IMG/VR virus record: IMGVR_UViG_3300045988_122406
DNA: 36,218 bases
Direction: 5' to 3' (one strand)
Source of the DNA: a virus
Below are positions 1-6,496 of the stretch, in pieces. Every line of letters begins with the position of its first letter. Within the stretch, counting starts at the first letter, position 1. The notes beneath the pieces are model-generated. The model was given only the letters and a program-made list of their open reading frames with translations. It had not been told where the DNA came from and searched no databases. Position numbers and translations under genes: made by a program.

Positions 1-119
1 AATGCGGCTATACAAGTCGCTCGTCGATTTCTAAATTGGAAAAAGGTGAATTTAATTTACCATCCGACAAAATAGTCTTGCTTGCAAATGCGCTTGGCAC
101 AACTCCTGCTTATCTTATG
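1..119. repeat. Terminal direct repeat, copy 1 (identical to 36100..36218)
   Basis: Base-by-base comparison of the two window ends. Position 1 corresponds to 36100. Confidence 0.97.
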
Positions 120-242
120 GGTTGGGAAGACGACCCATCGCCAAAATCGACCGATGAGCAACTTCTCGAACTTATAGATTTGCTTTCAGACGAACAAAAA
201 GCCTCATTGATTGAATTTATAAAGAACATTGCAAAAAAATAA
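1..242 (+). CDS. XRE-family CI-like repressor, C-terminal part (continues from 36015..36218 across the circular junction; 109 aa in total)
   Basis: In frame with the ATG at 36015. The joined product MTDRKNTLYERVKELRKNKRMSQDDLAKKCGYTSRSSISKLEKGEFNLPSDKIVLLANALGTTPAYLMGWEDD... has a typical HTH_3 core. It is divergent from the Cro-like gene. Confidence 0.85.
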   Translation, partial: CGYTSRSSISKLEKGEFNLPSDKIVLLANALGTTPAYLMGWEDDPSPKSTDEQLLELIDLLSDEQKASLIEFIKNIAKK

Positions 243-251
243 GGAAGCCCC

Positions 252-356
252 CTATTCTGGAACTTCCCTATCCTTAAGCATATCAATTATTTTTTCGAGC
301 AATTCGATTTTTTGCTCCTCATTCAATTGAGTTATTAGTTGTTTTAATTCGTCCAT
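252..356 (-). CDS. 34-aa mini-ORF MDELKQLITQLNEEQKIELLEKIIDMLKDREVPE, similar to the repressor C-terminal helix
   Basis: ATG 356-354 is preceded by GGGGG plus 6 nt. TAG at 254-252. Possible promoter TTGAGA-16-TATAAA upstream on the - strand. Below the ORF-track size cutoff. Confidence 0.45.
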   Translation of the reverse strand: MDELKQLITQLNEEQKIELLEKIIDMLKDREVPE

Positions 357-545
357 TTTTTAACCCCCTTTATTTATATGTTAGAACGAATTTTTCTCAA
401 CTTCAAGTAAAAGAGTGGCATAGTCTTATTTTTTGTACTAAATAAATTTTTTATTTTTTTGATATGCATTAATCACGCTATATTATTGCAATATTCGCTT
501 ATGCGTTTATTAATATTTTTAATTAAAAAAAGGAGAATGCAAAAA

Positions 546-965
546 ATGAAAATGAAAAAGTTAATAACGGTATTGTGCATTGTAGCAATCGCCGCGTCCT
601 TTGCGGCTTGCTCAAACAACACAGCCGGCGGTAAAAAGGCTGAACAGTCGACCACCGTATCGACAACCGTTGCCAAAACGGAAAAGACAGCTGACGCGGT
701 CGCAAAAGCGTTAAATTTCCATGATAAGCAAACAAAATGGTTCGAGGCTATCAGCGCATCAGACGGAGCCGGTTACACCACGCCGAAAGGCAATCATGCC
801 GAAATTTATATTTTTACCGATGAAAAGGCAGAGGACCATACAAGCGGTTGGGACGATGATGGATGCGTTACAATTAACAACAATGTAATGCTCTATCTTG
901 AGGGCAAAGCCGACGCAGACGAAAATAAAGAAATCATTAAGGAATTTAAAAGCTTAAATTTCTAA
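546..965 (+). CDS. Secreted lipoprotein (moron; superinfection-exclusion candidate by position)
   Basis: AGGAG RBS at 531-535. N-terminus MKMKKLITVLCIVAIAASFAAC has a lipobox-like FAAC. Located between repressor and integrase. Confidence 0.8.
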   Translation: MKMKKLITVLCIVAIAASFAACSNNTAGGKKAEQSTTVSTTVAKTEKTADAVAKALNFHDKQTKWFEAISASDGAGYTTPKGNHAEIYIFTDEKAEDHTSGWDDDGCVTINNNVMLYLEGKADADENKEIIKEFKSLNF

Positions 966-1155
966 TATATTATATCGCGTTTCCTATTGACGCAAGGAGC
1001 TGTTGCCCCCTGCGTCTACGGGAACGGTGCCGCCTCAAAAAGATTTGGCACAAATATATAGTACATCATTAAATGTGTAAATATTGCACATCAACATTGA
1101 ATAATAATACACAATTTGCACTATTATGTCTTTAAAAGATTGGGGATGAATAAAA

Positions 1156-1674
1156 ATGTTGTGTGATACGCTGAGGACGTTAAGGCGAAAGAAAGGGCTT
1201 GAACGTAAACAAATTGCGGCACAGCTCGGCGTTTCACTTGCTGTCTATAGCAATTGGGAAACAGGTAGGTCGTTAATTCCTGCCGAATACATTCGACCTA
1301 TCTGCAAGACGCTCAATGTGTCAGCAGATAGGTTTATTAATTTTGAATATCAGAGCGACGAGGGATATTTTCGCAACTTCAAAAGTGCGGAAGGGCTTAT
1401 CAATTATGCCGAACGCGACGATAAGAATCGCCGCTTTGTGCTTTGGCTTGCGAATGACTTCGACGGTGATTTTGATGGGCTTGTCCTGATGAGTACGGCA
1501 TATGCCTGCATGACTCCCAAAACGAGGACGCATATCTTGGCATTGATTTGGGACGCATTTGAGAGCGAATATTCAAGAAAGAAAACTCAAATGCCGCAGA
1601 TTGCCAAAAGTGTTTACAGCCTTGCGCCTGAATACGCACGCAAGTTAAGAGAATTGGACGAAAAGGGGCGATGA
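1156..1674 (+). CDS. XRE-family HTH protein with an ~100-aa C-terminal domain of unknown function
   Basis: N-terminal LRTLRRKKGLERKQIAAQLGVSLAVYSNWETGRSLIP is an HTH_3 pattern. The stop is 1 nt before the integrase ATG. Confidence 0.8.
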   Translation: MLCDTLRTLRRKKGLERKQIAAQLGVSLAVYSNWETGRSLIPAEYIRPICKTLNVSADRFINFEYQSDEGYFRNFKSAEGLINYAERDDKNRRFVLWLANDFDGDFDGLVLMSTAYACMTPKTRTHILALIWDAFESEYSRKKTQMPQIAKSVYSLAPEYARKLRELDEKGR

Positions 1675-1675
1675 A

Positions 1676-2716
1676 ATGAAAAGATATAAGCACTCAATGC
1701 GTTTCAAAGTCGAAACCGAAAACGGCACGATAAACAAGCGCGTTTACGGCGATACGCTCAAAGAGTGCGAGCAGAAAAAAGCTGAGCTTTTACAAAAAAT
1801 CGCCGCCGAAAAAGCTGAAAAATTGCAACCGGCCTTTGCGTCGGTCGCAAAGGCTTGGAGAGCTGAATCGGAGAGTAGGCTCTCGCCTTACACATATTCG
1901 TGCTACAAGAAGCCATGCGACGACCTTGTTGAGCAATTCGGAAAAAAGAAATTAAAGGATGTAAAAACAAGTGAATTACAAAGCTTAATTAATAAAATGC
2001 ACGAACAAGGCTTCGCACATCATACAATCGCAATGCGGAAAATAGCGGCGTCGCAAATTTTCATATATGCTATTCAAAGAGACCTCGTTGAATACAATCC
2101 GGCTACGGCTGTCCGTATTCCTCGCGGCGCGCCTAAAAAGCATTTTGAACTTCCTACACCGCAAGAAATCGAAAAAGTGAAAACATCGCTTGACGCTCCT
2201 CTTGGATTGTTTCATTTTTTCTTGCTCTATACAGGGATGCGGCGTGAGGAAGCGCTCGCAATAGATTGGATGGATATTGATTTCAACAGCAAATCAATCG
2301 TGATTAATAAAGCGTTACGATTTGTAAATGGTAAGGGTGTCATCACGAACATGACCAAAACAGACGATAGCACGCGTGTCATTCCGTTGTTAGAGCCGTT
2401 GGAGAACGCCCTGACGCCACACAGACAAGACAGCGGCTTGATTTTTGGCGCCGACGGCGAGCCGTTCACAATGTCGCGCTACAACTTTTTGTCGCGAAAA
2501 TACAAAGAGGTGACGCAATCGAGCGTCACTCCTCACATGTTGCGCGTCGCCTATGCCACTATTCTGTACGACGCCAAAATGAGCGACAAGGACGCCAAAG
2601 AGTTAATGGGACATTCAAAAATCGAATTGACAAAAAATGTTTACATGCGAATTTCGCAAGCTCGACAAAAGCAGAGTTTTAAACAGTTAAACAATTTTGT
2701 AAAAAGTAATGTTTAA
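1676..2716 (+). CDS. int: Tyrosine recombinase / phage integrase
   Basis: 346 aa. C-terminal catalytic pattern ...TGMRREEALAI...HMLRVAYATILYD...LMGHSKIELTKNVYMR (R, H-x-x-R, H, Y). Lies next to attP. Confidence 0.92.
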   Translation: MKRYKHSMRFKVETENGTINKRVYGDTLKECEQKKAELLQKIAAEKAEKLQPAFASVAKAWRAESESRLSPYTYSCYKKPCDDLVEQFGKKKLKDVKTSELQSLINKMHEQGFAHHTIAMRKIAASQIFIYAIQRDLVEYNPATAVRIPRGAPKKHFELPTPQEIEKVKTSLDAPLGLFHFFLLYTGMRREEALAIDWMDIDFNSKSIVINKALRFVNGKGVITNMTKTDDSTRVIPLLEPLENALTPHRQDSGLIFGADGEPFTMSRYNFLSRKYKEVTQSSVTPHMLRVAYATILYDAKMSDKDAKELMGHSKIELTKNVYMRISQARQKQSFKQLNNFVKSNV

Positions 2717-2734
2717 TTCACCATTTTCTCCTTT

Positions 2735-2757
2735 TTGGTTGACCCTTGGTTGACCCT
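2735..2757 (+). repeat. Tandem 2 x 11-bp motif TTGGTTGACCC-TTGGTTGACCC-T (candidate arm-type integrase site, left arm)
   Basis: The exact 23-nt string recurs at 2966..2988, on the other side of the tRNA fragment. Confidence 0.7.
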
Positions 2758-2791
2758 CTCCCGAAGCCCTATTAAAAAGGCAATAGTTAAG

Positions 2792-2854
2792 CGATTGGAA
2801 ATCGTGTAACGGGCTATAACCTGTTCGAGGGTTCGAATCCCTTGCTCTCCGCCA
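2792..2854 (+). tRNA. Partial tRNA-Ser(GGA): anticodon arm to CCA only, putative attP core
   Basis: CGATTGGAAATCG anticodon stem-loop (anticodon GGA), long variable arm, T-arm GAGGG-TTCGAAT-CCCTT, 3' acceptor GCTCTCC-G-CCA. No matching 5' acceptor GGAGAGC or D-arm upstream. Confidence 0.8.
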
Positions 2855-2858
2855 TTTT

Positions 2859-2906
2859 AAGCCGAAAATCGTTTATTTATGCGGTTTCCGGCTTATATTT
2901 TTTTAT
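2859..2906 (+). terminator. Hairpin plus T-run following the tRNA fragment
   Basis: AAGCCGAAAATCG...CGGTTTCCGGCTT imperfect stem, followed by ATATTTTTTTAT. Confidence 0.55.
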
Positions 2907-2965
2907 GATATTTTAAGGTTTTCCACATTCGTATATTACAAAATATTGCATTAAAATACGCCTTA

Positions 2966-2988
2966 TTGGTTGACCCTTGGTTGACCCT
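2966..2988 (+). repeat. Second copy of TTGGTTGACCC-TTGGTTGACCC-T (right arm of attP)
   Basis: Identical to 2735..2757. Confidence 0.7.
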
Positions 2989-3121
2989 TTTTTAAAAATA
3001 AATCAAAAAAATAGAATTTTTTTAAAAAAAACTCTTGACAAAATTTTGTATGATTTTGCAATTCAAAAAAATGGATAGTACATATTATAATAGGTATAAA
3101 TTATTATTTTATATATAGAAT

Positions 3122-3149
3122 AAAAAAAGAGGCTTTCGCCTCTTTTTTC
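3122..3149. terminator. Bidirectional rho-independent terminator ending the - strand late/cargo transcript
   Basis: AAAAAAA-GAGGC-TTTC-GCCTC-TTTTTT, directly after the stop at 3155. Confidence 0.8.
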
Positions 3150-3154
3150 TGCTT

Positions 3155-3451
3155 TTATTTTAGTTTTGCTCTTATTGGCTCGACCATACTTTCTGACACA
3201 TCTTTGACAAAATCGAAAACAACCTCCATATCAGCACAAGATTCGCCGCTTTCGTTTTTGCAAGCGTCGATATATTGCTTTACTGTTTTTTCGAGCACTT
3301 CCTTGTGATGAAGCTCCTGTTCTGCGATTTCGTGGTAGTCTTCAGCAAGAGCTGAATCGGTGCTTTTGAATTTTGCCGCCATATCTGCGTATTCGTCAGC
3401 ACTCTTGATTTCGTCGACTATCATTTTGAAATATTTTTTCAATTTTTCCAT
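3155..3451 (-). CDS. 98-aa helical acidic protein, unknown function (cargo cluster)
   Basis: ORF with TAA stop. ATG overlaps the upstream stop (TAATG). Contains EDYHEIAEQELHHKE. Confidence 0.7.
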   Translation of the reverse strand: MEKLKKYFKMIVDEIKSADEYADMAAKFKSTDSALAEDYHEIAEQELHHKEVLEKTVKQYIDACKNESGESCADMEVVFDFVKDVSESMVEPIRAKLK

Positions 3452-3840
3452 TAATCTTTCACCATCCTTGCCGCGATATTCGTAAAGCTTACAGGAACGC
3501 CTGAAACAACAAGCGTGATTAGGCTGTCACAACACTTGACACGAATTGCCGTTGGAATAGTGATGGTGTAGGTTGTGTCTGCCGCCGCCGTTACAGAGGC
3601 AGTCGCACCCGGAATAGGTGCGCCGTCCTTATAGAGCGAAAGTGTCACCGTTCCTGCTGTCGCTGTGAATGTTGTATTGACATCAATGTCATAATAGCCG
3701 CAACCGTTAGCGACAAGGGCGGTGCTGTTGTTTTGACAATTACAACCGTAGCGACGGATTGTATTTCCAAAATTCGCGACATTTCCGACTGCTACGGTTT
3801 GAGCGTTTGAATTTGCTGTATAAATAAGTGATTTACTCAT
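3451..3840 (-). CDS. C1q/TNF-like (BclA C-terminal-domain-like) jelly-roll protein with paired Cys motifs
   Basis: AAAGGA RBS before the second ATG (3840). GYYDIDVNTTFTATAGTVTLSLYKDGAPIPGA...LITLVVSGVPVSF resembles, from memory, the Bacillus BclA C-terminal domain pattern GFYKITV...LTIQVNGVPVPGT...VEVIVTGLGLSL. Has GCNC and KCCD motifs. Confidence 0.6.
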   Translation of the reverse strand: MSKSLIYTANSNAQTVAVGNVANFGNTIRRYGCNCQNNSTALVANGCGYYDIDVNTTFTATAGTVTLSLYKDGAPIPGATASVTAAADTTYTITIPTAIRVKCCDSLITLVVSGVPVSFTNIAARMVKD

Positions 3841-3858
3841 TTTCTTAAATCCTTTCAT

Positions 3859-3889
3859 AAATTAATAAACGGCAGGGTCGCCCCTGCCG
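3859..3889 (-). terminator. Intra-cluster hairpin/attenuator
   Basis: On the - strand: CGGCAGGG-GCGA-CCCTGCCG followed by TTTATTAATTT. Confidence 0.55.
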
Positions 3890-3918
3890 TGCCTCGCCAA
3901 AGTAGGGCGTTAAGTTTA

Positions 3919-4542
3919 TTAAATGTTACCGCAACACATCGAGTTGCAATTGCAAAACGGATTGCCTGCAAGCGAATAGGTCATTGCTGTCGGGTATCTC
4001 ACAACGCCCGAAAGCGCGTTGCTGAGTTCAAGCTGATTAACTCTGCCCTGCAATGCTTCGATTTTGTTCTGCTTAATCTCATCGCTTAATTTCTGCATCT
4101 GTGCAGTTGTGTTAGCGTTGATTTGAGCGGTGTTTTGAGCCGCAAGATAGCGATTTTCAAGCAATGCCTTTTGAGTTTCACAGCAACAGGTTTGCTGATT
4201 TGCAAATCCTGCGTTAACTGTTGCCTCAAGGTCGCGGACTTCGCCCAAATTGTTGTAAGCAGCGTCCTTAATGGTGCTTTGCAAGCCAAGACCGACATCG
4301 CTTGTGTTCTGCATGATTTCGTTGTTCTGTCTTTCAAGAGCGGCGAAATCGGTCGCACGCTGAACATCTGCGGATGTTGCATATTGCTCGCCACCTCTGC
4401 CATTCTTGCCCCAACCGTCGAATCCGAACAAAGCAAGAATTGCAAAGAGCCAAAGGCCCTCATTGCCGAACATTCCGTCACATCCGTAGCCTCTGTTGTT
4501 ATTCATTACAGCGCCTACATCTGCGGGAGTCATTTCTGCCAT
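3919..4542 (-). CDS. 207-aa Cys-rich coiled-coil protein with an N-terminal hydrophobic segment, unknown function
   Basis: GLWLFAILALFGFDGWG hydrophobic stretch, central Q/N-rich heptad-like region with a CCC motif, C-terminal CNCNSMCCGNI. Confidence 0.7.
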   Translation of the reverse strand: MAEMTPADVGAVMNNNRGYGCDGMFGNEGLWLFAILALFGFDGWGKNGRGGEQYATSADVQRATDFAALERQNNEIMQNTSDVGLGLQSTIKDAAYNNLGEVRDLEATVNAGFANQQTCCCETQKALLENRYLAAQNTAQINANTTAQMQKLSDEIKQNKIEALQGRVNQLELSNALSGVVRYPTAMTYSLAGNPFCNCNSMCCGNI

Positions 4543-4582
4543 AGCGTTTTACTCCTTTCTTTAAATTTTTATATCAGCCCCC

Positions 4583-4792
4583 TTAGGGGTTAATATCGTT
4601 GAAATTCTGTTGTAATTCTCGCGCTTGGTCGAGCACTTGATTGATGTCAATACCTCGCTGTTGAGCTGTTTGCATGACCAATTGTTGAGGAGTCATTCCT
4701 CGCATCCGGCACAGCCGCAGAGCCTGTTGCATTTGAGGGCTGTTCATTAGGTTGTTGACCTGATTTTGGCTGTTCTGTAGCAGTTTGTTCAT
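4583..4792 (-). CDS. 69-aa Q-rich helical protein, unknown function
   Basis: GGAG RBS 10 nt before ATG 4792. TAA stop. Confidence 0.65.
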   Translation of the reverse strand: MNKLLQNSQNQVNNLMNSPQMQQALRLCRMRGMTPQQLVMQTAQQRGIDINQVLDQARELQQNFNDINP

Positions 4793-5054
4793 ATATTGCT
4801 CGCTCCAATCTTTTTAATCGTTCGTCGATATTCTCAAAATTTTTTGTGCTTTCGTCTTTATGCTCAACAAGGTCAAAAGCGTTGACCGTTCCGTAGCCTG
4901 CGCCGTCGGTTTGCTTGAGATAGACAATTGGCTTCTGCGAATCAAGTAAAAGCACGCTTGAATTTGGCGCAAGCTGATAAGCATTAGCTCCGTTAATTCC
5001 GTTAACCTCCGCAACCCTGCTTTGCATAACGCTGTTATAGTTCATTGGATACAT
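4647..5054 (-). CDS. Hypothetical protein (MYPMNYNSVMQSRVAEVNGINGANAYQLAPNSSVLLLD...), 3' end uncertain
   Basis: AAAGGA RBS. The last ~48 codons are low-complexity and overlap the 4583..4792 gene in another frame. Confidence 0.55.
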   Translation of the reverse strand: MYPMNYNSVMQSRVAEVNGINGANAYQLAPNSSVLLLDSQKPIVYLKQTDGAGYGTVNAFDLVEHKDESTKNFENIDERLKRLERAIYEQTATEQPKSGQQPNEQPSNATGSAAVPDARNDSSTIGHANSSTARY

Positions 5055-5214
5055 TACCGTCACAATCCTTTCTTATATCATTTAAGGCGTCCTTGTAGCC
5101 CTGCGCATACACTCGATAAATCCACGAGTTAAGTTGTTGTTTGTGCGTTTCAATCCATTTTTCTAAAGGGCAATCCTTAATGCCCATATATTCTTGTGAG
5201 AATTCAAATTTCAT
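5035..5214 (-). CDS. 59-aa hypothetical protein (MKFEFSQEYMGIKDCPLEKW...)
   Basis: GAAAGGA RBS before ATG 5214. The annotated upstream extension runs through terminator hairpins. Confidence 0.55.
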   Translation of the reverse strand: MKFEFSQEYMGIKDCPLEKWIETHKQQLNSWIYRVYAQGYKDALNDIRKDCDGNVSNEL

Positions 5215-5290
5215 CGTTTTATCCTTTCTGCAACTTAATGTTAGCAAGTTTTCGCGCGCCCAAACGCACGCCTTTGGGCGTTTTTGGGCA

Positions 5291-5321
5291 TAAAAAAATA
5301 ACCCCACCAAAATGGTGGGGT
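5291..5321 (-). terminator. Strong rho-independent terminator after the HTH gene
   Basis: On the - strand: ACCCCACC-ATTTT-GGTGGGGT followed by TATTTTTTTA. A second hairpin CGCCCAAA-N8-TTTGGGCG lies just downstream (about 5255-5285). Confidence 0.8.
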
Positions 5322-5327
5322 CTTTTC

Positions 5328-5540
5328 TCATTTACACGCTTGCTTATAAATTTTCATTTTCAGCGACGCTTTAATTTGTTTAAATTTGTGCAATGAAATG
5401 TTCAGCTCAAGCGCCATTCCCTCGTTTGTGAGGTCGTTTCGTCTCATATGTTCAAGAATGAAACGTTCTTGCTCCGTCAATTCAAGATTGGATTTTAATT
5501 TATTAAATTCGTTCGCTGTCAAAAATTCAACGCTATTCAT
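5328..5540 (-). CDS. 70-aa sigma-70 region-4 / LuxR-like HTH protein
   Basis: LTEQERFILEHMRRNDLTNEGMALELNISLHKFKQIKASL matches the region-4 pattern (LTxxExxV/IL...G.S..EIA..L.IS..TVK). Confidence 0.65.
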   Translation of the reverse strand: MNSVEFLTANEFNKLKSNLELTEQERFILEHMRRNDLTNEGMALELNISLHKFKQIKASLKMKIYKQACK

Positions 5541-5577
5541 ATTAACTCCTATATGTTCGCGTTCCCGTATGACCTTT

Positions 5578-6237
5578 TTATGAAAATTTACTAATTTTGC
5601 AATATGCCTCTCTGCCTGTTGCGATGACCTTGATTTTATCGACGCTTGCCGAAGCGTGGCTCAAGACCTTTAATTTTGTCTGCGCAAGATATGTGTATTT
5701 CGTGCCGGAAAGGTTCGGCTTGCTGTATAGTGTTGTCTTAGCTTTCAGCCGGTAAGTCTTGCCAACTTCTGTTTTGTAGCTCGGCTTTGAGGCACTTGCC
5801 GCCGTTTTAATATTCTTTTGATTTTTCGGACGCAAGACACCTAAAAATGACGCGTATGTGTGTTTGATTTTCGTCATAGGCTCGTGCTTGCCCGAAGGAT
5901 AGTTTTGGTCGTACGAATAGAAATACGAGGTTGTGCCCTCTCCTGTAGCAACAGAAATATGACCGTTTCCGCTTTTTGATGTAAAAACGCAAAGGTCGCC
6001 TTTTTGCGGCACAAAATCGGGTGTGTTCGAAATCCAATTGAAATTCGTTGTCAAATATTTCGACGATTTGCGTTTGCGGTAATATTCAATTGCATTGCCG
6101 ATTGACTGCGGCTCTACGCCCAAAACATTCTTAATAAAATGCTTTGCCAAATCGACGCACTGCACGCCATAAGCGCCGTCGTAATCAATTCCCTTGCCGA
6201 GATTTTTCTCAACCCACTTGTTCATAGAAATAGGCAT
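5578..6237 (-). CDS. Endolysin: N-terminal CHAP amidase/peptidase plus C-terminal SH3b-like wall-binding domain
   Basis: GGAGG RBS before ATG 6237. Catalytic context GAYGVQCVDL and GNGHISV. C-terminal KTYRLKAKTTLYSKPNLSG. Follows the holin. Confidence 0.85.
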   Translation of the reverse strand: MPISMNKWVEKNLGKGIDYDGAYGVQCVDLAKHFIKNVLGVEPQSIGNAIEYYRKRKSSKYLTTNFNWISNTPDFVPQKGDLCVFTSKSGNGHISVATGEGTTSYFYSYDQNYPSGKHEPMTKIKHTYASFLGVLRPKNQKNIKTAASASKPSYKTEVGKTYRLKAKTTLYSKPNLSGTKYTYLAQTKLKVLSHASASVDKIKVIATGREAYCKISKFS

Positions 6238-6238
6238 C

Positions 6239-6496
6239 TTATTCCTCCTTTTTCGGCTCGTCATAACCGAGTGCATTCGAGCTGTCGTTGATTCCGTCGG
6301 TAGTCGGGTCAACAACAACACCGAGAACCACAAGAATGTTGATTAATATGCCAAGTGTGTTGATGATTTCGGACTGTGCGACGGTCGGAACGACGCCGAA
6401 CAAGCCAAGCGTTTGATAAACTAATGTGACAACAAGGGTTATAAGTGTCACAAGTGTAATTTTGTTTTTCAATCTCAATTTAAAATTAATTTTCAT
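6239..6496 (-). CDS. Holin (phi-LC3-like, two TM segments)
   Basis: MKINFKLRLKNKITLVTLITLVV...VVDPTTDGINDS...YDEP pattern. Immediately upstream of the endolysin. Confidence 0.8.
   Translation of the reverse strand: MKINFKLRLKNKITLVTLITLVVTLVYQTLGLFGVVPTVAQSEIINTLGILINILVVLGVVVDPTTDGINDSSNALGYDEPKKEE

Noticed and set aside
459-545. N-terminal extensions in the ORF track (lipoprotein 459-545; endolysin 6238-6333; ParB fusion 25223-25327; tail chaperone 14809-14844; late regulator 26667-26732)
   Set aside because: In each case an internal ATG with a proper Shine-Dalgarno sequence gives the expected N-terminus (signal peptide, CHAP, ParB and so on). The extensions overlap upstream genes or intergenic hairpins.
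2760-2854. A complete tRNA gene
   Set aside because: Only the anticodon arm, variable arm, T-arm and 3' acceptor-CCA are present. The sequence upstream (…CCCTATTAAAAAGGCAATAGTTAAG) has no GGAGAGC 5' acceptor or D-arm. It is an attP-type fragment.
2989-3121. Possible + strand promoter (TTGACA at about 3035) and small RNA ending at the 3122-3149 hairpin
   Set aside because: No acceptable -10 lies at 16-18 nt spacing. The region is generally AT-rich attP arm DNA, and the hairpin is explained as the terminator of the - strand cargo operon.
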